A stretch of 64,000 bases of DNA from contig OZ241362.1 of the NCBI GenBank assembly GCA_965200315.1, positions 1,472,001 to 1,536,000 on the forward strand, written 5' to 3'. Made by a program: the position numbers and the translations under genes. This document shows positions 28,006-37,272 of the stretch, piece after piece (within the stretch, counting starts at the first letter, position 1; the number at the start of each line of letters is the position of its first letter). The notes under the pieces are model-generated. The model did not search any database, had not been told where the DNA came from, and worked only from the letters and a program-made list of their open reading frames with translations. The stretch is from Candidatus Latescibacterota bacterium (GTDB lineage Bacteria; Latescibacterota; UBA2968; UBA8231).

Positions 28006-31000
28006 TTAGAGGACGCGAGCTTCCTGCATTACCTGTAGCTGCTCTCTGGCATAGTCCACCTGCGTCACGTATTTGGGGTTGTCGCCATAGCTGTCGACGA
28101 CCTCCTGAAAGACGGTACCAGCCTGACGGAATTCCTCCTGGGCCATATAGGCGGCACCGATGTTGACTAGTGAATTGACAGCTTGATCGCTCTTGGGATA
28201 CTTCTGCTGTACTTCCTTGAAGACCGCCATTGCCTCGTCGTAATTTTTCTCAGCCAAAAGCTGTTCGCCCGTTGCATAAAGATTGTAGGCATCGATCTCA
28301 GCCAAATGTCCGAGCAGAGTCCTTGCCTTGTTGGGCAGCGCTCGATCTTGGGCAATCAACTTGTCAACGGGAAAGCGATCCAAGAAAGTCTGGTAGCTTG
28401 CGGTGGCCTTCTCGTAATCCTTGAGGCCGTAATAGTAATCTCCGAGCGTAAATTGGCTACGTGCCCCATACGTACCGTTGGCATGTTCAGCAACTATTCT
28501 CTCGAAAACTGGCACCGCTTCTTCCTTGCGGTCGAGGTTGATCAGGCACCAAGCCTTGTTGTAGAGTGCATCGTCCACATGGCTCGACTGAGAATAGCGC
28601 CTAATGATTCGGTCGTAGTAGACCATGGCATCTAGGTAGTGCTGGTTTTTGTTCTCCACGCCGCTTCTATTGGTCATGTTAAACAGGGCATCGCCAGCAC
28701 GAAAAAGCGCCTCAGACGCATAGCGGGACTGCGGATACTTATCTGCTAGGCTAGCAAAAATATCGCTGGCGTCGCGCCATTTACCCATCCGATAGTGGGC
28801 CCAAGCATCGTAGTAATAGGCATGCACAGCGCGCTCGTCGTCAGGATATTGGGTGTAGTAGGTATTGAACGCTTGGGACATCGCTGGCAGCACGTCAACA
28901 TTGCCGTTAGCCGATAGTTGGTTATAAGCTACGCCTATTTGGAATTGGGCATTTTTGGCCCAAGCAATCTGCGGATAGTTTTCGATGATGGTGTTATACG
29001 TGGCAATCGCTTGGACGAACTGCTCCGACCTGTAGAAACAGTTGCCTTGGACGAAGAGCGCGTTGGCAATGCTCTCAACATTGATGGCCAAGTCGATGAG
29101 TTCCTGAGCTGCTTCAATACTCTGTTGAAACTTATCCAGCTTGAAGTAGGCATTGGCCAAGCGAATTAATAAACGCTCCCGGTCTTCAGTGGAGGTAGTA
29201 GTAGCCAACATCTCTTCATAGATGCGCACCGCTTCCTCTGGATTGCCCTTCTTCTCGGCCATTGAGATTAGCTGCAGCCGTGCCGAACGCACCAAGCTCT
29301 CGTCTCCAGAAGCAATAACCTCGTTTAGCAGCTTCTCCGCCTCGGCATCATTACCTTCCGCAGAGTACGACAGTGCCATCGAAAAGGAGACCTTTAGCTG
29401 CATCGCCTTGGGGACTTTGGTGTCCAATAGCCACTTGTAATCGAGCAACGCACGGTCGTAACGGCCCGAGTAGTGATAGGCCAATGCACGTCCGTAGCGG
29501 GTATCGCGAATGACATCGCTTTCAGGGTACTCTTCAAGCACCATGGTATAGCGCTCGACTGCATCGACGTAGTTTTTATTATTGAGGTCGAGCTGAGCCA
29601 TCTGGAAATGGGCCCTAGCCTCCAAATCGCGGTCACCGGTCACGCCTTCTAGCAATTGATTGAGCAGCGCACGTCCCTCGGCGATGCGATCTTGAGAAAT
29701 GTAGAGGTTAGCCGCCTCAATCAGCGCGGCAATGTATGTCTCGCGAGCATCGCGGTCAACCTCGGAGAAAGCAGCGATGGCCTCGTCTTTCCGGCCTTCG
29801 TCTCGGTAGAGAATACCAAGGCCATAGTAAGCATCAGCCGTATGCCGCGTATCCTGATAGCTTTCCGTTATAGCCTTGTAGGCTTCAATGGCCTCCTCAA
29901 CTTTCTGCTGCTCGTAGTTTAACCGAGCGATGCGCAACAAGCACAACGGCGCTTGGTCGGATCGGGGAAAGTTGTCCACTGCCTGCGTGTAGCTTGCGAT
30001 AGCCTGATCCGCCACGCCGAGTTTTTCGGCAGACCAACCTGCGCTATACAGCGCTGCGGAGCGCAAACCCGTATCGCTATCCGGGTAGTCTCCCAGCAGT
30101 TGTAGGTAGTCTTCACGGGCAGCAGCATAGTCTCCGGCGAAGTACTTGGCTTCGCCTTTCTGATACTGAGCGTTTGGCGGATAAGGCGTATCCCCGTAGA
30201 GTTCAATCACTTGGTTGTAAGCAGTCCACGCCTCGTCGAACTTCTCCCACTCCATGTAGTTGTCGCCGATTCTCATCTGCACCTTGGCTTTATAAAAGCG
30301 TTCCTCGGCGGTTTCTTGGGCGGCGATCAACTCTTGGTAGGCTTCCTCAAATTGGTCTGTTTTGCGGAAGATCTCAGCAACGCGTAACGAGGAAGTCTCA
30401 AAAAGCTGTCGATAGTTTTCAAAATCGACATTCTTCCCCTCGCGAAACGAACCGCGCAAGAGTTCAAACATCCGGTCGTAGAGATCGCGCACATCGCGGT
30501 AGGCTTTAATGGCCTCTTCGTCGTGCCCCATCTGGTCGTAGGCGTTGGCCTCTAAATAAAGGGCTTGGGCAATAACCGGACTACTGGGATACTTATCGGG
30601 AACTACTTGGGCCATCTCAACAGATTTAGCGTACTCGCCCTTTTCATAGAACGCACTAGCGATGCGGAACTGCGAATCCGGCGCATAGCGGTCTTGCGGA
30701 TAAGCCGACAACATGCCGTTGAGCGTTTCGATGGATTGGTCGTACTCTTTTGTATTAAACTCGCTCCAGCCCGCGTAAAAATACGCCTTGCCAGCTTCCG
30801 GCGTCTCGGGGAACAACTCGACGTAGTGCTTGTATTCCTTTGTTGCCTCGCCATACTCTTTGGCGAGAAAGCGAGTCTCGGCAACTTGGAACTGCACCAA
30901 GGACTTGAAATCCTCGGCTACGCTTCCTACATCGAGAACTTGGCGATAGGCTTCCACCGCTTCTTCGTGTTGCCCGCTCTTTTTGTAGGCATTGCCCAGC

Positions 31001-31251
31001 TGATACCAAGCTGCCGCGACTACGGGCAATTCCAAGTCGTTGCCAAACACTACCCGCACACTGTCGGTACGCACGGCCTTGCTGTCAAACTTGACGATCT
31101 TTGAATACTCGATGATCGCCCCTTCAAACTCGCCAAGGGCGTAGAGAGATTGTCCGGCGTCAAAACTGGTCTTCAGATTTTGCGGCACCGGTAGAAAAAG
31201 GCTAGCTCCTAGCCCCAATCCCAGCGCGATAAGTCCGGCCCAGACCGTCAT
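28006..31251 (-). CDS. large TPR protein (CpoB/BamD-like repeats), 1081 aa
   Basis: N-terminal hydrophobic anchor; many A.Y..G...Y...yP.S-type TPR units; AAGGAG RBS. Confidence 0.88.
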   Translation of the reverse strand: MTVWAGLIALGLGLGASLFLPVPQNLKTSFDAGQSLYALGEFEGAIIEYSKIVKFDSKAVRTDSVRVVFGNDLELPVVAAAWYQLGNAYKKSGQHEEAVEAYRQVLDVGSVAEDFKSLVQFQVAETRFLAKEYGEATKEYKHYVELFPETPEAGKAYFYAGWSEFNTKEYDQSIETLNGMLSAYPQDRYAPDSQFRIASAFYEKGEYAKSVEMAQVVPDKYPSSPVIAQALYLEANAYDQMGHDEEAIKAYRDVRDLYDRMFELLRGSFREGKNVDFENYRQLFETSSLRVAEIFRKTDQFEEAYQELIAAQETAEERFYKAKVQMRIGDNYMEWEKFDEAWTAYNQVIELYGDTPYPPNAQYQKGEAKYFAGDYAAAREDYLQLLGDYPDSDTGLRSAALYSAGWSAEKLGVADQAIASYTQAVDNFPRSDQAPLCLLRIARLNYEQQKVEEAIEAYKAITESYQDTRHTADAYYGLGILYRDEGRKDEAIAAFSEVDRDARETYIAALIEAANLYISQDRIAEGRALLNQLLEGVTGDRDLEARAHFQMAQLDLNNKNYVDAVERYTMVLEEYPESDVIRDTRYGRALAYHYSGRYDRALLDYKWLLDTKVPKAMQLKVSFSMALSYSAEGNDAEAEKLLNEVIASGDESLVRSARLQLISMAEKKGNPEEAVRIYEEMLATTTSTEDRERLLIRLANAYFKLDKFQQSIEAAQELIDLAINVESIANALFVQGNCFYRSEQFVQAIATYNTIIENYPQIAWAKNAQFQIGVAYNQLSANGNVDVLPAMSQAFNTYYTQYPDDERAVHAYYYDAWAHYRMGKWRDASDIFASLADKYPQSRYASEALFRAGDALFNMTNRSGVENKNQHYLDAMVYYDRIIRRYSQSSHVDDALYNKAWCLINLDRKEEAVPVFERIVAEHANGTYGARSQFTLGDYYYGLKDYEKATASYQTFLDRFPVDKLIAQDRALPNKARTLLGHLAEIDAYNLYATGEQLLAEKNYDEAMAVFKEVQQKYPKSDQAVNSLVNIGAAYMAQEEFRQAGTVFQEVVDSYGDNPKYVTQVDYAREQLQVMQEARVL

Positions 31252-31311
31252 TTGTGTATCTCCTTGTTACTCTAAGTTTCTAGTTTGGAGTTTATCGGGG
31301 TGTTTATTTTT

Positions 31312-32247
31312 TTAGAATTCGTATGCGAAGGAGAACCGATGTGCGCCATTGGTCTCGGTCAAATCCAAACCGATGTCATAGGCATAGTCGAACACCAACT
31401 GGTTCCACTGATACCCCAACCCCGCATTCAAACCACCGCCGGCGTCCTCCGACAACAAACGACGACCGCCCGCCCGCAACAACAACCCCTCCACCAACTG
31501 CGTCTCCCCACCAACCACCAACCCCTGATCCGAACCCTCACCCGTCAAATCACGACGAACATACTGAACCGAAACCAACGACTGACTGCTCAGACGATAC
31601 CCCACCCCCACATGCACGTCCATCGGCAACGCACCCGCATCCGCATCCCCTTCCACCTTGCCATAGGCCACATTCGGCTGGTTGAGATTCTTCAACAACA
31701 CCCCCACCTGCGCCCCTTGCACCGGACTCTGCCACAGCAAACCCAAATCAACCCCGACATTGCCCGCACTCTGGTTCGACAGCGGATCGGCACGCCCGTC
31801 ATCGTCGGGAATCGACCCCACACTCCAAAACAAATACTTGGCCGATACGCCCACCTGCAGCCGACGCTCCACCTGATACGACAGCGACACAAACGCCCCG
31901 TTTTCACTCATCAGCGAGGAGCCAATCCGCTCATAGCCCAAACCCAAGCCCAGCTTGTCGCCCAACGGCTGCGCATAGGACACCACGTGCTGACCCAGAT
32001 CGTCACCTTCAATGCCAGCATACAAAAGCGACACATTGGTGTAGGCCACCTGACGCTGGGAAACTTGACCCAACCCAGCCGGATTGGCAAACACCGCATC
32101 GGCGTTGTCGGCCACCGCCACAAAGCTGTTGCCCAACCCCTGGGCGCGCGCCCCCGAACCCACATTCTGAATGTTGACTACACCCTCGCTGGATTGGGCG
32201 ACGAACAGCACACCTACTAAAACACTAAGCATTTTCAGAGATTTCAT
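31312..32247 (-). CDS. PorV/PorQ-like outer-membrane beta-barrel
   Basis: Signal peptide; GARA.GLG..FVA.AD.A.A.F.NPAGL motif; C-terminal HRFSFAYEF beta-signal. Confidence 0.8.
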   Translation of the reverse strand: MKSLKMLSVLVGVLFVAQSSEGVVNIQNVGSGARAQGLGNSFVAVADNADAVFANPAGLGQVSQRQVAYTNVSLLYAGIEGDDLGQHVVSYAQPLGDKLGLGLGYERIGSSLMSENGAFVSLSYQVERRLQVGVSAKYLFWSVGSIPDDDGRADPLSNQSAGNVGVDLGLLWQSPVQGAQVGVLLKNLNQPNVAYGKVEGDADAGALPMDVHVGVGYRLSSQSLVSVQYVRRDLTGEGSDQGLVVGGETQLVEGLLLRAGGRRLLSEDAGGGLNAGLGYQWNQLVFDYAYDIGLDLTETNGAHRFSFAYEF

Positions 32248-32281
32248 GATGCAACTCCTCCTTGGTGGTCTCGCTTAAAGG

Positions 32282-33028
32282 CTAGTTTGCCTTAGCGACT
32301 TTAGGAACGACCGTGCCGTCCTTGTAGGTCTTGCCGATATCTCGGACGAATTTATAGGAAATATTGGTGGTCTCCACCGGCTCATTGCGAAAGTCAAATC
32401 TCAGGACTACATCGAGCACTTGGACTTCGATATCACTCACGTCGGGATGGAGCACGGGAAAAATAACAAAGCCTTCTGACTCTTGGCCGCTGAATATCTC
32501 CTCGTCTTTGAGCATCGTCCGCCGCAGCAAGTCGCGGCGCTCTTGATAGCGAGCATATTCGTTGCCTCTATAGCCTATGGCATAGGCGCGATAATACGTG
32601 TCGAGCTGCTCAAAGTTGAGGCTCCAATACTCGCGCTTATTGCTTGCTTTGACAACAATTTTGCTCGGATCAATCTTGACTTTAGGGTAGGCGTAATTCT
32701 TAACGCCGAGGCGGAAGACAGTGAAACGCTGTTTTTCTTCGTCGGTTCCCCAAAATACCGTATTGCCAAAGGTATAGGGATTTGTGGACTTAGGGCCCGC
32801 TTGGGAATTGTTGAAAAACTGGCGGTTCAACTCCTCGTCGGTCATCGGCTTGAGCCGCACTTCAAAGCGATCCTGGGCAAATGTCAGCGTCCCGTCATCT
32901 GCCACACTTATAGACGAGGCCTGATCTTGGCCAGGCTGCAATGGCCCCGTGTAATAGCTATACCCACAGCCCAACATACCCGAGCCGATAATCAAAGCCA
33001 AGAATAATACTCGCGTAAACTCCATCAT
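32282..33028 (-). CDS. uncharacterised lipoprotein (paralogue of 47802..48560)
   Basis: Lipobox MLGC; shares ELNRQF, NPYTFGN, RFTVFRL and YPKV blocks with the 47802 gene. Confidence 0.8.
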   Translation of the reverse strand: MMEFTRVLFLALIIGSGMLGCGYSYYTGPLQPGQDQASSISVADDGTLTFAQDRFEVRLKPMTDEELNRQFFNNSQAGPKSTNPYTFGNTVFWGTDEEKQRFTVFRLGVKNYAYPKVKIDPSKIVVKASNKREYWSLNFEQLDTYYRAYAIGYRGNEYARYQERRDLLRRTMLKDEEIFSGQESEGFVIFPVLHPDVSDIEVQVLDVVLRFDFRNEPVETTNISYKFVRDIGKTYKDGTVVPKVAKAN

Positions 33029-33969
33029 TCAGACACTCCTCGGTGGTATCGCTGTGTGTGCAAAGAGGCTTTTAAGCGCCCCCAAGATATCGACTCCACG
33101 GCCGTAAATATACCCTCTAGCGGCATCAGGATCAAGTCAGCAAAGCGGTCGGAAAAGCGATACGAATTGTGTTGGCCCGAAAGCGACCACTTAGCATCAA
33201 AAAGCTCTGAATGCACGTCAAAATCGTTGAACTCTACGTTAAAACCAAGGATTTCATTTTCCCGCAAGATATGCTCTTCACTCTGAAAGACCGCATTGAC
33301 ATCGACACGATCAAAGGGCACGAGCATGACTTCATAGTTTGTCACTCCCTCTCCTCCCAATCCACTTATAAACTCGACCGCTGCCTCGGTATAAGGACCA
33401 TCGGATAGCGCGTACCAAGCAGCGGCAGAAAAATTGACGAAAAAATCCTCGTCAGGCGGTGGGCCAGCCAAAACAAAGTGATTAGCTTCAGCTCCATTGC
33501 GCCGTATACGCTCTTCGTGGCTCAACTCGGTGAAATTGGCGAATTGTCCACCTGAGTGGTCCGCGTCAATAAATAATTCCATAGCGTCGTCTTGGAAAAG
33601 TGCCGTAGCACTACCGGCAGGACGATCAATCTGGTGTATATCATCGCGAACCTGAGCAGCAATGTAGAGCTTGTTTTCTGCTTTATTCCACCCCACCATG
33701 AGACGAGCAGCAAAATCATCCGAATCGCTCGCCTCAACTTCTGGATTAATCAGGTCGTGGAATTGACCCGTTAATATGGCGTAGGAGTCGCCTACAACTT
33801 CCCAATCTTTCAAATCGCCGTCAATAACGGGAACTAAGTGATCGGGGAATTGAAAGGCTCTATAGGCCACTCCTTCGGGGTAATGACCCAAAACTGGTTT
33901 AACCGAACCGGCTGTGAACTGTAGCACCAGTACTAAAAAAAATAAACGCAACCACAGCACCTCGGCCAC
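33025..33969 (-). CDS. secreted CBM9/DOMON-like protein with C-terminal SWGRLK tail
   Basis: Signal peptide; P.IDGDL.DW, W....LYIA..V.DD, DA.ELFID, GFNV..ND; paralogue of 57410..58306. Confidence 0.7.
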   Translation of the reverse strand: MAEVLWLRLFFLVLVLQFTAGSVKPVLGHYPEGVAYRAFQFPDHLVPVIDGDLKDWEVVGDSYAILTGQFHDLINPEVEASDSDDFAARLMVGWNKAENKLYIAAQVRDDIHQIDRPAGSATALFQDDAMELFIDADHSGGQFANFTELSHEERIRRNGAEANHFVLAGPPPDEDFFVNFSAAAWYALSDGPYTEAAVEFISGLGGEGVTNYEVMLVPFDRVDVNAVFQSEEHILRENEILGFNVEFNDFDVHSELFDAKWSLSGQHNSYRFSDRFADLILMPLEGIFTAVESISWGRLKASLHTQRYHRGVSE

Positions 33970-34013
33970 ACCTTCTTATTTGTTTTTTTAATATATCTCA
34001 ATTATGGGGTTGT

Positions 34014-34042
34014 ATGATAATCAATGGCCTAAGACGTGTCAA
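34014..34042 (-). promoter_or_regulatory. sigma70 promoter for the 33969-to-25451 operon
   Basis: TTGACA-N17-TATCAT on the minus strand. Confidence 0.75.
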
Positions 34043-34093
34043 GATATATTAGAGGCAGCCGTAGAAACAATGGACTTAAACGAATAAAACCAA

Positions 34094-34120
34094 TAAATAA
34101 CAGTGAGTTAGGGTTATTTA
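34094..34120. promoter_or_regulatory. dyad, candidate operator between the divergent promoters
   Basis: TAAATAAC-N11-GTTATTTA. Confidence 0.35.
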
Positions 34121-34243
34121 GCCCCCGTACAAATCGTTGCAAATCACCTCATCTGTGACTCAACTTTATTAATTATCTAAGTGATTGACGGCAAAGGCCC
34201 TTCTTTTTTTCGCTCTTTCGCTCGTTAGTCCGATCAGACTATC

Positions 34244-34272
34244 TTGAGGTGTTTACCAGTATACTATATAAT
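34244..34272 (+). promoter_or_regulatory. sigma70 promoter for the 34524 gene
   Basis: TTGAGG-N17-TATAAT. Confidence 0.6.
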
Positions 34273-34298
34273 AGAATAGCGAAACGTTTAAATACGTA

Positions 34299-34403
34299 AC
34301 TGATGTTACGCAGTAGCTCTCTATCCTTTGGTCTAGCAAAGGCTATTGACCCAAGATATGGGGACGAAATCGAGGATTTTCTGGAAAACTGCGTAACGTC
34401 AGT
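34299..34403 (+). repeat. 16-bp inverted repeat in the long 5' leader
   Basis: ACTGATGTTACGCAGT (34299-34314) / ACTGCGTAACGTCAGT (34388-34403); 15/16, with the mismatch a G-U pair on the + transcript. Confidence 0.7.
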
Positions 34404-34523
34404 GCGTAATTAGACCGGCCGATGGGACTGAGTTGGAGTGTGCAACTGCCGTCGGCATACCCTTGTTTTAAGTCCGGCTCATTGAGGTAGTCAAGGGCTT
34501 ATGTTTTTTCGCGGAGGTGTTCG

Positions 34524-37178
34524 ATGGTCAGGTTATTGGTAGCGGTGCTCGGCGTCGCGTTTGTGTTCAGCAACGGCTATGCCGAAATCAAGCGGTGGCG
34601 GATCGGCGACGATGTACATCCCTGGACTCTGCGGCCGGTTACCGGTCGCCTCGACTTGGGGCGCAGTTGGGCGGTCGAGCTGATCGCCGATGACGATGGC
34701 GATGGACTCATCGACGAAGACCCAGTCGAACTAATCGACAACGACGACGACGGCCAGATCAACGAAGACCCCGTTGATCCGCAAGTCGACAATGATGGCG
34801 ACGGCCAGATCAATGAAGACCCAGACAACAACCGCGATGATGATGGCGACGGACTTATCGACGAAGACCCACTTGAACTAATCGACAATGACGGCGACGG
34901 ACTCACTGACGAAGATGGTCCCGACTCACAGATCGACAACGACGGTGATGGTCTGCTCAACGAAGACGGGCTGTACACTCCTTACGATGATGACTGGGAT
35001 GGCTTGCTAAACGAGGACCCGGCTAATGCTCTCGATGATGACGGCGACGGACTCATCGACGAAGACCCACCGCTGCCCGAACACGGCCAAGGCGTCACCA
35101 CCTGGCTGCGGCCGGTGCGTCTAGACAGCCTGCGCAACCTCGCCTATCTGCTCAACCAGCGCTTCAAGGCCGGCGAGTTCGGCGGCGTTATCCCCGGCAA
35201 GGATACCCAGCGCCCCTTTATGGTGGTGCCAAGCGAATATGGCTTCCGACGCGAGGTCTCCGATCCCATATCGGCCGACTACTGGGCAGTTGCGGGGGTA
35301 ATCGACCGCAAAGAGGCCGAAAAGGCCGTCGATGGAAACCTGAAGACAGACTTCACCTCCACTAAGTATGGTCGTGGTGGGATTGCTGTCAACCTGATGG
35401 GTTACTACTATATCAACCGTATCGTCTTCCGCCCGCAGCCAACCTTGCCCGGCGGTACCATTGCCAATTACTTTATCAACTACGGCGATCAGACCTCCAT
35501 CTATAGGCTCTCTGAGGCCATTCGGGCGGACCGGACACTAGTTCAAGCTGTCCGGGGCCAATTCAACCCGGTAATCAAGGACCTCCTATTCGATCCACCT
35601 TTTGTCGCCGGCCGTATTGACATGGTATCGATTGATCTAGAAGGAAAACTTAGCCAGACCGCCGAAATCGGGCACTTCGGCGACGGCTATGCCATCGATG
35701 GGCAGTACATCTCGGCCATCATCGACGTGGGAACACCTACTCCGCGCATCCGTCGCTACGACCGCGAGATCGAGCAGTTCTCCGCCTCGGACCGCGAGGG
35801 TTATGAAAACCAGTTTCCCCTCGATGTTGCTGGCGGCCAAGTCAACTGGGGCAAAGTGCGCTGGCGCGGACACCGCGAAGGCCGCGAAGGCGATATCCGT
35901 ATCCAGTTCCGCGTTGGCAACGCCCTCGACACCCATATATATGCCCGCCGCTTAGGCCCCGGCCTCTCTGACACCCAAGACGAAAATGGCGTTCCCCTAG
36001 ACCTTTTCTCTTGGGCGAAGCTTCCTGAAGGCCGCGTCCCCGAACACGAACTTCCATACAATGAGCTAGGGGTTGATCTGGGCGACGACGGGCTCCTCGG
36101 CTGGAGCTTCTGGTCGGCCCCTTTCAAGCTCGAAGACGCCCTCATCGACGACAGCCTGCCCGAAGCCGAGTGGCAAAACACGGGCGTCCAGCTACCCCTT
36201 CCCGGCGGAACGCGCTACATCCAGTTCCGCATCTTCTTCGACTCCGCCCAGCACAGCGCGGCCCTGTTGGACTTCATCGAGTTCGACTACGACGCACCGC
36301 TGGTGTCGGGGGGCATTGTCGCTGAGATTTTTCCGCCGCACGTCCCGTTGGGCGAGGAGACGGCTTTTCGCTACTTTGTCCGACCATTCTTCAAAACCGA
36401 CGAGACGACCGCCTTCAACCGGATCGAGATCGCCGTGCCCAGCGCGGACACGCGCATCGACACCTTGCGCTTCGACGGCCAAGACTGGACCGAAATCGCC
36501 GCTGGCACGGGGGCCGACCCTTTGAGCGAGATGCATCCCATCCGCCGCGCCCCAGCCGAGGGACGCGCCGACAGCTTGGGGCAATTTGCCCAGCGCGTGG
36601 TCACAGACCCGCGCACGGGCTCGTCCAAACTGCACATCAAGCTGCCTCTGATGGGGGCCGAGCACTTCCAATTCGGCCAGAATATCGAGATCGTGTTCCG
36701 CTCCAAGCTCTTTCGCGGCTCAGAGGAGTTCACCAGTTCGGTGTGGAATGACCAAGGTGATCCCAGTGTCGAATCCATCCCGCAACCGGCCGAGGATGGG
36801 GACGCCACCCCCGACATCGCCACCAATGCCCTTCTCGTGGTCGCCGACGAGATTGACCAAATCGTCAAGGCTCCCCACATCGCTCCCAACCCCTTCACCC
36901 CCAACGGTGATGGCATCAACGACGAGGTCACTTTTTCCTTTGACCTTTTCCTCGTCCTCAATCAGGTCAATGTCCAAGTCGAAATCTACGATCTGTCCGG
37001 CCGCCGCATTGCCCAGATTCAGACCGGCGGCTCGACGGCAGGCAGTCTCCAAGTCGCGTGGGATGGCCGCGACAGCCAAGGTCAAGTCGCCCGGCCGGGC
37101 ATCTATCTCTACCGGCTTGCCATTGACTTAGACAACACCTCCACGGAGCACTCGGGCACCCTATCGCTGGCCTATTGA
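34524..37178 (+). CDS. large secreted protein with Asp-rich repeats and CHU_C/FlgD-Ig-like C-terminal domain
   Basis: Signal peptide; eight DxDxDGxxxED repeats; PNPFTPNGDGINDE...YDLSGR...WDGRD...PGIY...LAY. Confidence 0.85.
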   Translation: MVRLLVAVLGVAFVFSNGYAEIKRWRIGDDVHPWTLRPVTGRLDLGRSWAVELIADDDGDGLIDEDPVELIDNDDDGQINEDPVDPQVDNDGDGQINEDPDNNRDDDGDGLIDEDPLELIDNDGDGLTDEDGPDSQIDNDGDGLLNEDGLYTPYDDDWDGLLNEDPANALDDDGDGLIDEDPPLPEHGQGVTTWLRPVRLDSLRNLAYLLNQRFKAGEFGGVIPGKDTQRPFMVVPSEYGFRREVSDPISADYWAVAGVIDRKEAEKAVDGNLKTDFTSTKYGRGGIAVNLMGYYYINRIVFRPQPTLPGGTIANYFINYGDQTSIYRLSEAIRADRTLVQAVRGQFNPVIKDLLFDPPFVAGRIDMVSIDLEGKLSQTAEIGHFGDGYAIDGQYISAIIDVGTPTPRIRRYDREIEQFSASDREGYENQFPLDVAGGQVNWGKVRWRGHREGREGDIRIQFRVGNALDTHIYARRLGPGLSDTQDENGVPLDLFSWAKLPEGRVPEHELPYNELGVDLGDDGLLGWSFWSAPFKLEDALIDDSLPEAEWQNTGVQLPLPGGTRYIQFRIFFDSAQHSAALLDFIEFDYDAPLVSGGIVAEIFPPHVPLGEETAFRYFVRPFFKTDETTAFNRIEIAVPSADTRIDTLRFDGQDWTEIAAGTGADPLSEMHPIRRAPAEGRADSLGQFAQRVVTDPRTGSSKLHIKLPLMGAEHFQFGQNIEIVFRSKLFRGSEEFTSSVWNDQGDPSVESIPQPAEDGDATPDIATNALLVVADEIDQIVKAPHIAPNPFTPNGDGINDEVTFSFDLFLVLNQVNVQVEIYDLSGRRIAQIQTGGSTAGSLQVAWDGRDSQGQVARPGIYLYRLAIDLDNTSTEHSGTLSLAY
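34689..35069 (+). repeat. eight coding Asp-rich repeats of 16-17 aa
   Basis: D[DN]DxDG[LQ]x[DN]ED units with degenerate 48-51 bp DNA repeats. Confidence 0.85.
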
Positions 37179-37272
37179 CCAAACATGCACATCTTTGCCC
37201 AAGCCTTCAAATCAGGGCAAAGTCGCACCGTAAAACGCTTGCGTAATTTTCCTTTCTCACCATCCTAACGCC

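Noticed and set aside
31285-32220. 311-aa + strand ORF antisense to the barrel gene
   Set aside because: Shadow ORF with a His/Gln/Pro-rich composition produced by codon skew; the minus strand has clear motifs
25451-32247. Canonical Tol-Pal or TonB uptake operon
   Set aside because: No Pal, TolA/TonB C-terminal domain or TonB-dependent receptor; the TolB-like gene is a distant lipoprotein
34295-34375. Hammerhead ribozyme (CTGATG...GAAA)
   Set aside because: The core needs CUGAnGA, whereas the sequence reads CTGATGT, and the stems do not fit
34689-35069. Regular DNA repeats as a possible CRISPR array
   Set aside because: Degenerate at synonymous positions and in frame inside a CDS; no cas genes
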